From Marinifilaceae bacterium (GTDB lineage: Bacteria; Bacteroidota; Bacteroidia; Bacteroidales; Marinifilaceae), in NCBI GenBank assembly GCA_017936285.1, contig JAGBFU010000082.1:66650-130649 (forward strand): a stretch of DNA of 64,000 nucleotides, in the 5' to 3' direction. A model generated the notes under the pieces. The model was not told where the DNA came from and ran no database searches. It worked only from the letters and a program-made list of their open reading frames with translations. Below, one piece after another: positions 29,238 to 38,850 of this stretch. The number at the start of each line of letters is the position of its first letter. The stretch's first letter is position 1. The position numbers and the translations under genes were made by a program.

Positions 29238-29624
29238 ATGGAGAAAGTTAATGCTACCGGAAGAAGAAAAGCAGCCGTTGCTCGCGTGTATATCACTGAG
29301 GGTAAAGGAAATATCACTATAAACAAGAAGCCATTGGAGCAGTATTTCACTATTCCAACACTTCAGTATGTTGTTAAGCAGCCACTTGAGACTTTGAACG
29401 TTCTTGGCCAGTACGATATTACAGCAAATATCGATGGTGGAGGTTTCACAGGTCAGGCAGAGGCTTTGCGTTTGGGAATTGCCCGCGCACTTGTAAAGAT
29501 TAATGAGGAGGATAAAGCAGCTTTGCGTGCAGCTGGATTCATGACTCGTGACCCACGTGAGGTTGAGCGTAAGAAGCCAGGACAGCCAAAGGCACGTCGT
29601 CGCTTCCAGTTCTCTAAACGTTAA
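29238..29624 (+). CDS. rpsI: 30S ribosomal protein S9
   Basis: It contains GGGFTGQAEALRLGIARAL and ends in the S9-typical ...RRRFQFSKR. Confidence 0.97.
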   Translation: MEKVNATGRRKAAVARVYITEGKGNITINKKPLEQYFTIPTLQYVVKQPLETLNVLGQYDITANIDGGGFTGQAEALRLGIARALVKINEEDKAALRAAGFMTRDPREVERKKPGQPKARRRFQFSKR

Positions 29625-29726
29625 TCGCAGTTTAGTATCTAAACCGGCAGGACTCTTAGTAGTGATTATTATTGACTACCGGTCGGTTGATTTAATTAAG
29701 AATGTAAACTTTAAAAAAGAAAAAAC

Positions 29727-30494
29727 ATGTCAGTTAAAAACTTTGACGAGTTATTGAATGCAGGTTGCCACTTCGGCCACTTGACAAAAAAATGGAATCC
29801 AAAAATGGCTCCTTATATCTTTATGGAGCAGAACGATATCCACATTATCGACTTGAACAAGACATCTGTTCAGTTGGACAAAGCTGCTGCTGCATTGAAG
29901 CAGATCGCTAAGTCTGGTCGTAAAATTCTGTTTGTTGCAACAAAGAAACAGGCTAAGGAGATTGTTGCAGAGAAAATTGGTAACGTAAATATGCCATATG
30001 TAGTTGAGAGATGGCCAGGAGGTATGTTGACTAACTTCCCTACTATCCGTAAGGCAGTTAAGAAGATGACCTCTATCGATAAGATGGAGAAAGATGGAAC
30101 TTTCGATCACCTTTCAAAGAGAGAGAAGTTGCAGATTTCACGTCAGCGCGCTAAGTTGGAGAAGAACCTTGGTTCAATCAAGGATTTGTCTCGTCTTCCA
30201 GCAGCATTGTTCATCATTGACGTAATGAAAGAGCACATTGCAGTTAAGGAGGCTAAGACATTGGGTATCCCTGTATTTGCTATGGTCGATACAAACTCAG
30301 ATCCTACTCCAATTGATTTCGTTATCCCATGTAACGATGATGCTTCTACATCAATCAGCTACATCCTTGACTACGTTACAGCTTCTATCTCAGAGGGTTT
30401 GAACGAGCGCAAGGCTGAGAAGGAGAAAGAGGAGGACAAAAAGCCTGCTACCAAGAAGATTGTAGAGAAAGTTGCAGAGTCTGATAACATCTAA
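29727..30494 (+). CDS. rpsB: 30S ribosomal protein S2
   Basis: It has LLNAGCHFGHLTKKWNPKM and an acidic/Lys-rich C-terminal tail. Confidence 0.96.
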   Translation: MSVKNFDELLNAGCHFGHLTKKWNPKMAPYIFMEQNDIHIIDLNKTSVQLDKAAAALKQIAKSGRKILFVATKKQAKEIVAEKIGNVNMPYVVERWPGGMLTNFPTIRKAVKKMTSIDKMEKDGTFDHLSKREKLQISRQRAKLEKNLGSIKDLSRLPAALFIIDVMKEHIAVKEAKTLGIPVFAMVDTNSDPTPIDFVIPCNDDASTSISYILDYVTASISEGLNERKAEKEKEEDKKPATKKIVEKVAESDNI

Positions 30495-30505
30495 TATTAA
30501 GAACT

Positions 30506-31324
30506 ATGGAGATTAAAGCAGCAGACGTAATGAAGTTGCGTAAAGCAACTAACGCAGGAATGATGGACTGTAAGAAGGCTCTTATCGAGGCTGAGGGAGA
30601 CTTCGACGCAGCAGTAGATATTATCCGTAAGAAAGGTTTGGCTATCGCTGCAAAGCGTGCTGACCGCGAGGCTAAAGAGGGTTGTGTAATTGCAGTTGCT
30701 AACGGTAACAAGGGAGTTGTTGTCAGCTTGAACTGCGAGACAGACTTCGTAGCAAAGAACGAGGGATTCATCGCTCTTACAAAGAAGATTGCAGAGCTTG
30801 CATTGGAGAATATGCCAGCTGATTTGGAGGCTCTTTTGGCTCTTCAGATGGATGGCCGTGCAGTTGCAGATATCGTATCAGAGCAGACCGGTGTTATCGG
30901 TGAGAAGATTGAGTTGAGTTTCTACAACAAGATCGAGGCTGAGGATACAGTTGCTTACATCCACCCGGGAAACAAGTTGGCTACAGTTGTTGGTTTCAAC
31001 AAGGTTGCTGATGAGGTTGCTAAGAAGGATGTTGCTATGCAGGTTGCAGCTATGGCTCCTATCTCTGTTAGCGAGGCAGATGTTCCAGCAGACATTCGTG
31101 AGCACGAGCTTAAGATTGGCCGTGAGAAGGCTCGCGAGGAGGGTAAGCCAGAGGCTATGCTTGACAAAATTGCTGAGGGCCGTTTGAACCGTTTCTTCAA
31201 AGACTCTACTTTGTTGAACCAGGACTTCATCAAGGATGGCAAGATGTCAGTTAAGGCTTATTTGCAGAGCATTGACAAGGATCTTACTGTTACAGGATTT
31301 ATCCGTTTCACATTGAACGCATAA
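30506..31324 (+). CDS. tsf: translation elongation factor Ts
   Basis: It has a UBA-like N-terminus (VMKLRKATNAGMMDCKKALIEAEGD) and the motif ETDFVAKN. Confidence 0.95.
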   Translation: MEIKAADVMKLRKATNAGMMDCKKALIEAEGDFDAAVDIIRKKGLAIAAKRADREAKEGCVIAVANGNKGVVVSLNCETDFVAKNEGFIALTKKIAELALENMPADLEALLALQMDGRAVADIVSEQTGVIGEKIELSFYNKIEAEDTVAYIHPGNKLATVVGFNKVADEVAKKDVAMQVAAMAPISVSEADVPADIREHELKIGREKAREEGKPEAMLDKIAEGRLNRFFKDSTLLNQDFIKDGKMSVKAYLQSIDKDLTVTGFIRFTLNA

Positions 31325-31346
31325 TCTAAACAGATCACAGATAAAG

Positions 31347-31379
31347 AAAAACGATTAGGAAATTCCTAATCGTTTTTTT
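31347..31379. terminator. bidirectional intrinsic terminator
   Basis: AAAAACGATTAGGAA-ATT-CCTAATCGTTTTTTT forms a perfect stem flanked by A and T runs. It lies between convergent tsf and the LAB_N gene. Confidence 0.85.
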
Positions 31380-31410
31380 GTGCCCTCACCTGAAAAAAAT
31401 TGGCTAAAGC

Positions 31411-32124
31411 CTACTCCTCATGATTATGGTGACCAATATTGCGAATAATTCTAAATATTCGCATATTCTTTATACGATCAACCTTCTTCTTGTAATCGCT
31501 GTTATCTCCTTTGTAGTGTAACCATATATTTCTGCTATAAGCAATAACAGCAGGGACATGCCCCGCAATCAATGCCCAATCCTCACGTATTAGAGCGTAA
31601 ACAATAATAATAAGCGAGGCCGCAATACTCATCATCCAGAAAAATGGAGGAAGAACCGACTCCTTTTTATTAACAGAATAGTGCCACTGATAGACAAAAC
31701 GTATGGCATAGATAAACTGCCCTATAACTCCCAATGAGAGTAACCACAACGGAATACTGAAATTACGGAAGAACCTGTCAACAAAGGCACTGTAATCGGT
31801 TACAACCATTGGTATGATGACCACAGGCAATATCAAAATTATCCACTGAATAAATCCCGGAACTTTCTGCCAACTCCCCTTCATCTTCAAATTCCAGATA
31901 AAGATATAGTAGGTTACCAATTGACCGAAAATAATGGAGAAATCATCACGAATCCAACCATAAACTGACAACAGATAGGTTGCTGCCAAACTTAATTCCC
32001 AGTATATGGCAGGCGACACCACCTTTTTAGCTCTTTCGGACAAAACCCACTGCAAGATAACTCTTGCAGAGAAGAGAGCCTGAGCAAAGATTCCAATAAA
32101 AAATACCCACCAATTAAATTCCAT
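31411..32124 (-). CDS. membrane protein with duplicated lipid-A-disaccharide-synthase N-terminal (LAB_N) type domains
   Basis: Two similar hydrophobic repeats are present (FAQALFSARVILQWVLSERAKK and IGQFIYAIRFVYQWHYSVNKKES). Confidence 0.55.
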   Translation of the reverse strand: MEFNWWVFFIGIFAQALFSARVILQWVLSERAKKVVSPAIYWELSLAATYLLSVYGWIRDDFSIIFGQLVTYYIFIWNLKMKGSWQKVPGFIQWIILILPVVIIPMVVTDYSAFVDRFFRNFSIPLWLLSLGVIGQFIYAIRFVYQWHYSVNKKESVLPPFFWMMSIAASLIIIVYALIREDWALIAGHVPAVIAYSRNIWLHYKGDNSDYKKKVDRIKNMRIFRIIRNIGHHNHEE

Positions 32125-32242
32125 TGCTTAAAATCTGCTTATTTCTTGTTTACAATAGTTTCGGACTCTTTGAGTACCCGCATAAATCAATACTGTTTTT
32201 GAATTTGATATTACGGGTGCAAAATTAATTAATTTCTTTCAT

Positions 32243-32250
32243 TATCTTTG
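32243..32250 (+). promoter_or_regulatory. -7 promoter box (TATCTTTG) for pyrH-dxs
   Basis: It matches TAnnTTTG and lies 27 nt upstream of the pyrH ATG. Confidence 0.4.
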
Positions 32251-32277
32251 TCCAAATAAACGAATTGCGCAATTATT

Positions 32278-32982
32278 ATGAAGTACAAAAGAATCCTTCT
32301 AAAACTTAGTGGCGAGTCCCTAATGGGAGAACAACGCTACGGTATTGATGTTAAGAGAGTTGAGAGTTATGCACGCCAAATCAAGTCAGTCGCTGAACAG
32401 GGGGTTCAGATTGGAATTGTAATTGGCGGAGGAAACATTTTCCGCGGCATGAGTGGTTCAAAAAAGGGATTTGACCGAGTAAAGGGTGACAATATGGGAA
32501 TGTTGGCAACCGTAATCAACAGTTTGGCATTAAGCTGTGCACTTGATAACGAGCAGTGCAAAAACAAAGTTTTGACAGCAATTCGAATGGAGCCTATCGG
32601 AGAGTTCTACTCAAAGGCAAAGGCAGTTGAATATCTGGAGAACGGCTATGTTACGATCTTCAGCGCAGGAACCGGTAATCCATACTTCACCACCGATACA
32701 GGAAGTAGTTTGCGTGCTATTGAAATCGAGGCTGACGCAATGCTCAAAGGCACTCGCGTAGATGGAATATACACCGCCGACCCCGAGAAAGATCCAAATG
32801 CAACAAAATTCGACAAAATCACATACGACGAGATATACAACAAGGGGTTAAAGGTAATGGACCTTACTGCTACCACTATGTGCAAAGAGAACAACCTTCC
32901 TATCGAGGTGTTCAATATGGATATAGAGGGTAATCTGGAAAAGCTGATGAATGGCGAACAGATAGGCACTCTTGTGTACTAA
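32278..32982 (+). CDS. pyrH: UMP kinase
   Basis: It contains ILLKLSGESL and GGGNIFRG in a 234-aa protein. Confidence 0.95.
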   Translation: MKYKRILLKLSGESLMGEQRYGIDVKRVESYARQIKSVAEQGVQIGIVIGGGNIFRGMSGSKKGFDRVKGDNMGMLATVINSLALSCALDNEQCKNKVLTAIRMEPIGEFYSKAKAVEYLENGYVTIFSAGTGNPYFTTDTGSSLRAIEIEADAMLKGTRVDGIYTADPEKDPNATKFDKITYDEIYNKGLKVMDLTATTMCKENNLPIEVFNMDIEGNLEKLMNGEQIGTLVY

Positions 32983-33011
32983 TTGTACTAATCAATATTG
33001 TTTGAGGTAAA

Positions 33012-34889
33012 ATGAGTATTATTGATACAATCAACACCCCCGCAGATCTTAAAAAACTTCCTATTGAGAAGTTACCAGAGGTTTGTGACGCAGTCCGTCA
33101 GACAATTATTGACGATTGCGCCATGAATCCGGGACACGTGGGTTCAAGTTTAGGGGTTGTAGAGTTGACAGTAGCACTTCATTACGTACTTGATTTACCA
33201 TACGACAATCTGATCTGGGATGTTGGTCACCAATCCTATGCTCACAAAATTCTTACAGGGCGACGTGAACAATTCAAGAATAAACGTAAAAAAGGGGGCA
33301 TAAGCGGCTTCCCGAAAATTGAGGAGAGTGAATACGACAGCTTTGGCACTGGACACTCATCAACCTCAATATCAGCAGCTTTAGGTATGGCCGAGGCAGC
33401 TCGTTTATGTGGCGAGGAGAAGAGACAATCAGTAGCAGTTATAGGCGATGGTTCAATGACCGGCGGCATGGCCTTCGAAGCATTAAATAATGCCGGAACA
33501 TCAAAAGCAAATATGCTTATTATCCTTAACGATAATAATATGGCTATTGACCCCAATGTTGGAGGTCTTAAAGATTATCTGCTTGATATAACAGCTTCGC
33601 AAGCATACAACAGAATCAAACACAGAGTGTGGAACTCTATGAATAAAAAGAGCAAACTTATGCTCCGTATGCGCGGTAGCATAAAGAAGTTCTATAATGG
33701 TCTTAAGGCTCTTTTCCTCAAACATAGCAATCTGTTTGAATCATTCGGAGTACGCTATTTTGGTCCAACCGATGGACACGATGTAATTCGACTTGTTAAG
33801 ATTCTGCAGAGACTGACAAAACTTAACGGGCCCAAGCTCCTACACTGCATAACAATCAAGGGATATGGATTCGAGGCTGCCGAGGAGAAACCTACTCTAT
33901 GGCACTCGCCAAGTCGATTCGACCCGGCAAATGGAGAATTGTTACCTGAACCGGAGAATGAATCATTAAAGTTCCAGGATGTGTTTGGCGAAACAATCCT
34001 CGAACTTGCACAACAAAACAAGAAGATTGTAGGTATAACACCGGCAATGCCAACAGGCTGTTCATTGAATATTATGATGAAAGCTATGCCTGAGCGTTGC
34101 TACGATGTTGGTATTGCAGAACAACATGCCGTAACCTTCTCGGCCGGTCTGGCTGCAAAGGGGATGATTCCTTTCTGCAACATTTACTCATCGTTTATGC
34201 AGCGAGCTTACGACCAGATTATCCACGACATCGCCCTGCAAAAATTAAATGTAGTTTTGTGCCAGGATCGCGGAGGGTTGGTTGGTTCTGATGGAGCCAC
34301 TCACCATGGAGTTTTTGATTTGGCAATTCTTCAACATATCCCCAATATGACAATTGCAGCTCCGATGAATGAGAGCGAGTTGCGTAATATGATGTACACT
34401 GCACAACTTCCCGACATGGGACCTTTCTCAATCAGGTACCCCCGAGGCTACGGCTTTATGGGGAAAGAGTGGCGTACACCATTCCAACAACTTGAGATAG
34501 GAAAGGCACGTTGTGTTTCTGAGGGTAAGAAGATTGCCGTATTAACATTAGGCACTACAGGACACGACGTTACGAAAATCATTGACAAGTTCAATCCTGG
34601 CGACATCGCCCATTATGATATGAGATTCCTAAAGCCTGTTGATACTGAAACACTTCACTCGGTTTTTAAGAATTTCAACACAATCATAACTGTTGAGGAT
34701 GGAACAATTACGGGAGGTTTGGCCGGATGCGTAGCAACATTCAAGTCTGAACACAACTATTCGGCAAGGATTATCTCATTAGGTGTTCCTGATAAATTTA
34801 TCAGCCATGGCACTGTATCAGAGTTGAAGGCAGAATGTAAATTTGACAGAACAGCAATTGAGAACGCAATTAGAAAAGCTATTGATTAG
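33012..34889 (+). CDS. dxs: 1-deoxy-D-xylulose-5-phosphate synthase
   Basis: 625-aa ORF with GHVGSSLGVVELTVALH and the TPP motif GDGSMTGGMAFEALNNAG. Confidence 0.95.
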   Translation: MSIIDTINTPADLKKLPIEKLPEVCDAVRQTIIDDCAMNPGHVGSSLGVVELTVALHYVLDLPYDNLIWDVGHQSYAHKILTGRREQFKNKRKKGGISGFPKIEESEYDSFGTGHSSTSISAALGMAEAARLCGEEKRQSVAVIGDGSMTGGMAFEALNNAGTSKANMLIILNDNNMAIDPNVGGLKDYLLDITASQAYNRIKHRVWNSMNKKSKLMLRMRGSIKKFYNGLKALFLKHSNLFESFGVRYFGPTDGHDVIRLVKILQRLTKLNGPKLLHCITIKGYGFEAAEEKPTLWHSPSRFDPANGELLPEPENESLKFQDVFGETILELAQQNKKIVGITPAMPTGCSLNIMMKAMPERCYDVGIAEQHAVTFSAGLAAKGMIPFCNIYSSFMQRAYDQIIHDIALQKLNVVLCQDRGGLVGSDGATHHGVFDLAILQHIPNMTIAAPMNESELRNMMYTAQLPDMGPFSIRYPRGYGFMGKEWRTPFQQLEIGKARCVSEGKKIAVLTLGTTGHDVTKIIDKFNPGDIAHYDMRFLKPVDTETLHSVFKNFNTIITVEDGTITGGLAGCVATFKSEHNYSARIISLGVPDKFISHGTVSELKAECKFDRTAIENAIRKAID

Positions 34890-34934
34890 CTTACTATTTA
34901 TTACTAATTTTGCCGTAAACATTATTTTACAATT

Positions 34935-36059
34935 ATGACACTAAGTTCAGAGTACGATTCAATCAGACCCTATGAGGGAAAAGAGATTCAGGAGGCTGTT
35001 GAGCGAGTACGCACCTCTGAAGGCTTTTTGCAAGTATTTTCACAACTGTCAAATGTAGATCCTCAGGTTCTTGGAGCTCTGCTGACAGGCATTGAGACAC
35101 GATACGACTGGCACAAAAAGGTGTGGGGACCGATTGTTGATTTCATATTGAAAAGAAGTTCGCAAGGTGTTACACATAGCGGCTTGAATGAGTTGAGTAG
35201 AGAGCAATCATATACTTTTATCTCAAACCACCGCGACATTATTTTGGACTGCGCAATTCTTAATTTCCTGCTTCAGAGTAATGGTCACAAAATTTGCCGC
35301 ACAGCTGTCGGTGATAATCTGCTTGTAAATCAGTGGGTAGAAGATATGATGAAACTTGCTTCAAGCTTCATTATTGAGCGAAGCGTATCTGTGCGTGAAA
35401 TGTTGACAAGTTCAATGTTACGCTCAAAATATATGCGCGAAACAATTGCTGAGGGCGAGGATTCCATTTGGATTGCAGAGCGCGAGGGAAGAACCAAAAA
35501 TGGCGATGATCGTTGTCAGCCAGCACTTCTGAAGATGCTTGATATGAGCGGTTCAAAAGATTTCGTAGAGAGTTTCTCTGCAATGAACCTTGTAGTTGTA
35601 TCACTCTCATATGAATGGGAGCCATGCGACGCACTGAAGATTCAGGAGAACTATTTGAAGCGCCATGCAACCTATCAAAAGACCAAGGATCTGGATATGT
35701 TGGCAATGGTTTCAGGTATGCATACTCCAAAGGGAAGAATTCACTACGCATTCACACCTATCACCAAAGAGGAGCTTGAAAAGATTGGAGAGATTCCAAA
35801 CAAAGGTGAGCGTATCAATGCATTGGCACAACTTTACGATAAGAAGCAGCACGCTACATTCAAATTGTGGCCAAACAACTACATTGCGTACGACATTTTG
35901 AACAACACAGATAAGTATGCTGCAAACTACACTCCACAACTGAAGGAGGAGTTTTTGGGTAATATGCAATATAAACTTAACAAACTTGAGGGCGACAAGG
36001 AGGAGTTAACACAGATGTTCCTTGAGATTTACGCTAATCCGGTTAAAAACATTGAATAG
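34935..36059 (+). CDS. PlsC-like glycerolipid acyltransferase family protein
   Basis: The block FISNHRDIILDCAILN resembles the acyltransferase H-x4-D region. The N-terminus is similar to Bacteroidota proteins annotated as 1-acyl-sn-glycerol-3-phosphate acyltransferase. Confidence 0.55.
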   Translation: MTLSSEYDSIRPYEGKEIQEAVERVRTSEGFLQVFSQLSNVDPQVLGALLTGIETRYDWHKKVWGPIVDFILKRSSQGVTHSGLNELSREQSYTFISNHRDIILDCAILNFLLQSNGHKICRTAVGDNLLVNQWVEDMMKLASSFIIERSVSVREMLTSSMLRSKYMRETIAEGEDSIWIAEREGRTKNGDDRCQPALLKMLDMSGSKDFVESFSAMNLVVVSLSYEWEPCDALKIQENYLKRHATYQKTKDLDMLAMVSGMHTPKGRIHYAFTPITKEELEKIGEIPNKGERINALAQLYDKKQHATFKLWPNNYIAYDILNNTDKYAANYTPQLKEEFLGNMQYKLNKLEGDKEELTQMFLEIYANPVKNIE

Positions 36060-36060
36060 T

Positions 36061-36240
36061 ATGAACGTTGTAAAATATTTGATTATGGGAGCGGCATTCC
36101 TGATGGTTATTTCAAGTGCCATCTCTTTGTTCGGAACAACACTGAACGATAAGACTCCCGTATATGTAAACATTGGCGCAATGGTATGCTTAATAGCAGC
36201 CATCACATTTATGAACTTTGAAAAAGGAAAGAAGCGATAA
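36061..36240 (+). CDS. small two-TM membrane protein (59 aa)
   Basis: The ATG lies 1 nt after the upstream stop, and the ORF's own stop is 5 nt before gltX. It has two hydrophobic helices and a KGKKR tail. There is no homology evidence. Confidence 0.4.
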   Translation: MNVVKYLIMGAAFLMVISSAISLFGTTLNDKTPVYVNIGAMVCLIAAITFMNFEKGKKR

Positions 36241-36245
36241 TCGTT

Positions 36246-37790
36246 ATGGAGAGACGCGTTAGAGTCAGATTTGCTCCAAGTCCGACAGGAGCACTACACA
36301 TGGGAGGAGTAAGAACCGCCCTGTTCAACTATCTTTTCGCTAAAAAGCATGGCGGAGACTTTTTGTTGAGAATCGAGGATACCGACCAGACAAGATATGT
36401 ACCGGGAGCTGAAGAGTATATCCAGGAAGCTCTTAAATGGTGTGGTTTAATTGTGGACGAGGGCGTAGGCGTTGGAGGTGATTGCGGCCCATACCGTCAA
36501 AGCGAGCGCAAACCTCTATATAAGCAGTACGCACTACAGTTGGTTGAGTCAGGTAACGCATACTACTCTTTCGACACAGCCGAGGAGTTGGCAGCCGAGA
36601 GAGCTGCTTGTGAAGCACGAAAAGAGACATTCATCTACAATGCACAGAGCAGAACACACCTGAAAAACTCATTGAATATGAGTGCCGAGGAGGTTGAAAA
36701 GGCATTGGCTGATGGAGTTCCATACGTAATACGCTTCAAAATGCCCGAGAACGAGGAGCTTGAGCTACACGATTTGATTCGCGGAGAGGTTCACTTCCAG
36801 ACCTCGCTCCTTGATGATAAAGTGTTATTCAAAGCAGATGGAATGCCTACATACCACCTTGCAAATGTTGTTGATGACCACCTTATGACCATCTCACACG
36901 TAATTCGTGGAGAGGAGTGGTTGCCATCAATGCCATTGCACGTTTTGTTATACAAAGCGCTGGGATGGGAGGATACAATGCCTGAATTTGCCCACCTGCC
37001 ACTTATCCTGAAACCAGTTGGAAATGGCAAGTTAAGTAAGCGCGATGGAAACAAGATGGGATTCCCCGTATTCCCAATGGCCTTTACTGACCCTGATACC
37101 GGCGAGATTTGGCACGGATACAAAGAGGATGGGTACTTCCCTGAGGCATTTGTCAATATGCTTGCACTTCTTGGCTGGAACCCGGGCGATGGAGATGAGC
37201 GCGAAATCTTTACAATGGACGAGCTTATCGAGATGTTCTCGTTGGAGCGTGTAAAGAAAGCAGGAGCTCGTTTCGATCCCGAGAAAACCAAATGGTTCAA
37301 CCACAAGTACCTTCAAATGAAGGATAATGCCGAGATTGCCGAGATGATGCAGGAGTATTTGAAAGCTGACGGCATAGAGTTCGATAATGAGCGCCTGGCA
37401 ATGGTTTGTGGCTTGATGAAAGAGCGTGTAAACTTTGTTAAAGAGCTATACGATGAGTGCAAGTTCTTCTTTGTTGCTCCAACCGAGTACGTAGAGAAGG
37501 ATGTTAAGAAGTTCTGGAAACCCGAGAGCACAGAGTTGATGAAGGAGTTCCATGCACTCCTATCAGAGCAACCGGTACTTAGCAAAGAGGCTTGCGATGC
37601 AACCATCAACGAGTGGTTGGCAGCAAAGGGACTCGGCTATGGTAAGTGTATGAATCCATTCCGCGTTGCTGTAATCGGTTACGCAAAGGGACCACACATG
37701 CTCGATGTTGCCGAGATCATCGGAAAAGAGGAGACTCTAACCCGCCTTCAACGCGCCATCGACCTCTTCCCCACCATCATCGGTCAATAA
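36246..37790 (+). CDS. gltX: glutamate--tRNA ligase
   Basis: It has RFAPSPTGALHMGGVRTALFNY and KLSKRD. Confidence 0.95.
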   Translation: MERRVRVRFAPSPTGALHMGGVRTALFNYLFAKKHGGDFLLRIEDTDQTRYVPGAEEYIQEALKWCGLIVDEGVGVGGDCGPYRQSERKPLYKQYALQLVESGNAYYSFDTAEELAAERAACEARKETFIYNAQSRTHLKNSLNMSAEEVEKALADGVPYVIRFKMPENEELELHDLIRGEVHFQTSLLDDKVLFKADGMPTYHLANVVDDHLMTISHVIRGEEWLPSMPLHVLLYKALGWEDTMPEFAHLPLILKPVGNGKLSKRDGNKMGFPVFPMAFTDPDTGEIWHGYKEDGYFPEAFVNMLALLGWNPGDGDEREIFTMDELIEMFSLERVKKAGARFDPEKTKWFNHKYLQMKDNAEIAEMMQEYLKADGIEFDNERLAMVCGLMKERVNFVKELYDECKFFFVAPTEYVEKDVKKFWKPESTELMKEFHALLSEQPVLSKEACDATINEWLAAKGLGYGKCMNPFRVAVIGYAKGPHMLDVAEIIGKEETLTRLQRAIDLFPTIIGQ

Positions 37791-37809
37791 ATAACCTGAA
37801 ATAATATGT

Positions 37810-37844
37810 AAAATCCACGAAGTTTTGCGCTTCGTGGATTTTTT
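37810..37844. terminator. bidirectional intrinsic terminator
   Basis: AAAATCCACGAAG-TTTTGCG-CTTCGTGGATTTTTT lies between convergent gltX and the dus gene. Confidence 0.85.
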
Positions 37845-37853
37845 ATCGATTAC

Positions 37854-38831
37854 CTACTGATACCGCTCCTCTATTTCGTTGAAGATTTGCCACAATGACT
37901 CCTTGTCGTTGGCCTGAAGCATGCGGATGCGAAGATCGCGGAAGTTTGGCAACCCCTTAAACATTGCCGCCATGTGGCGACGCATGTGCAGGATTCCTCG
38001 CACCTCATCAATCCAATCCATAGAGAGTTCAATCTGCTCTTTAAGAATAGATAGTTGCTCGGCAACACTCAAATCGGGAAGAATCTCGCCTGTTTCAAAG
38101 TAGTGCTTGATTTGCTTGAAAATCCATGGTTTTCCGATTGTTGCACGACCAATCATCACGCCATCAACTCCATACTTTTCAAATGCCTCTTTAGCCTTTT
38201 GAGGTGTGGTAATATCTCCGTTACCTAAGATAGGAATTTTTATGCGAGGATTTGCCTTTACCCTTCCTATGGGTTCCCAATCAGCATCGCCCGTGTACAT
38301 TTGTGAACGAGTTCTGCCGTGAATTGCAAGGGCCTGAATTCCCACATCCTGCAACTGTTCCGCCACAGAATCTATGATAATGTTATCACAATCCCAACCA
38401 AGACGGGTCTTAGCTGTCACAGGTATATTTACAGCCTTTACCACCTGCTTTGCCATCTCAACCATTAATGGAATATCGCGCAATAGGCCTGCTCCAGCAC
38501 CTTTAGCGGCAACACGCTTAACAGGACAACCAAAATTTATATCAATAAAGTCCGGCTTAACGGCCTCTACAATCTTTGCAGCCTCGACCATTGAGTCTAT
38601 AAAACGACCGTAAATCTGGATAGTTACGGGACGCTCGGTTTCATCAATTGTTAGCTTCTGAAGTGAACGGTTAACCTCACGCACCAATGCATCGGCCGAT
38701 ACAAACTCAGAGTAGAGCCAATCTGCCCCATATTTTTTACAAAACTTTCTGAACGGAGGGTTTGTTACATCCTCCATCGGTGCCAAAATCAAGGGTCTAT
38801 CGCCCACCTCTACTCCAGCAATCTTCATCAT
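37854..38831 (-). CDS. dusB: tRNA-dihydrouridine synthase (DusB-like)
   Basis: It has LAPMEDVTNPPFR and FMN/TIM-barrel blocks (DINFGCP, AIHGRT). Confidence 0.85.
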   Translation of the reverse strand: MMKIAGVEVGDRPLILAPMEDVTNPPFRKFCKKYGADWLYSEFVSADALVREVNRSLQKLTIDETERPVTIQIYGRFIDSMVEAAKIVEAVKPDFIDINFGCPVKRVAAKGAGAGLLRDIPLMVEMAKQVVKAVNIPVTAKTRLGWDCDNIIIDSVAEQLQDVGIQALAIHGRTRSQMYTGDADWEPIGRVKANPRIKIPILGNGDITTPQKAKEAFEKYGVDGVMIGRATIGKPWIFKQIKHYFETGEILPDLSVAEQLSILKEQIELSMDWIDEVRGILHMRRHMAAMFKGLPNFRDLRIRMLQANDKESLWQIFNEIEERYQ

Positions 38832-38850
38832 TCTATCAATTGAAATTCGG

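Noticed and set aside
29643-29683. Possible hairpin (ACCGGCAG ... CTACCGGT, 7 of 8 bp, about 25-nt loop) between rpsI and rpsB, as an S2 leader or attenuator.
   Set aside because: The stem is short with a mismatch, there is no U-tract, and I have no comparative support. It is too weak to call.
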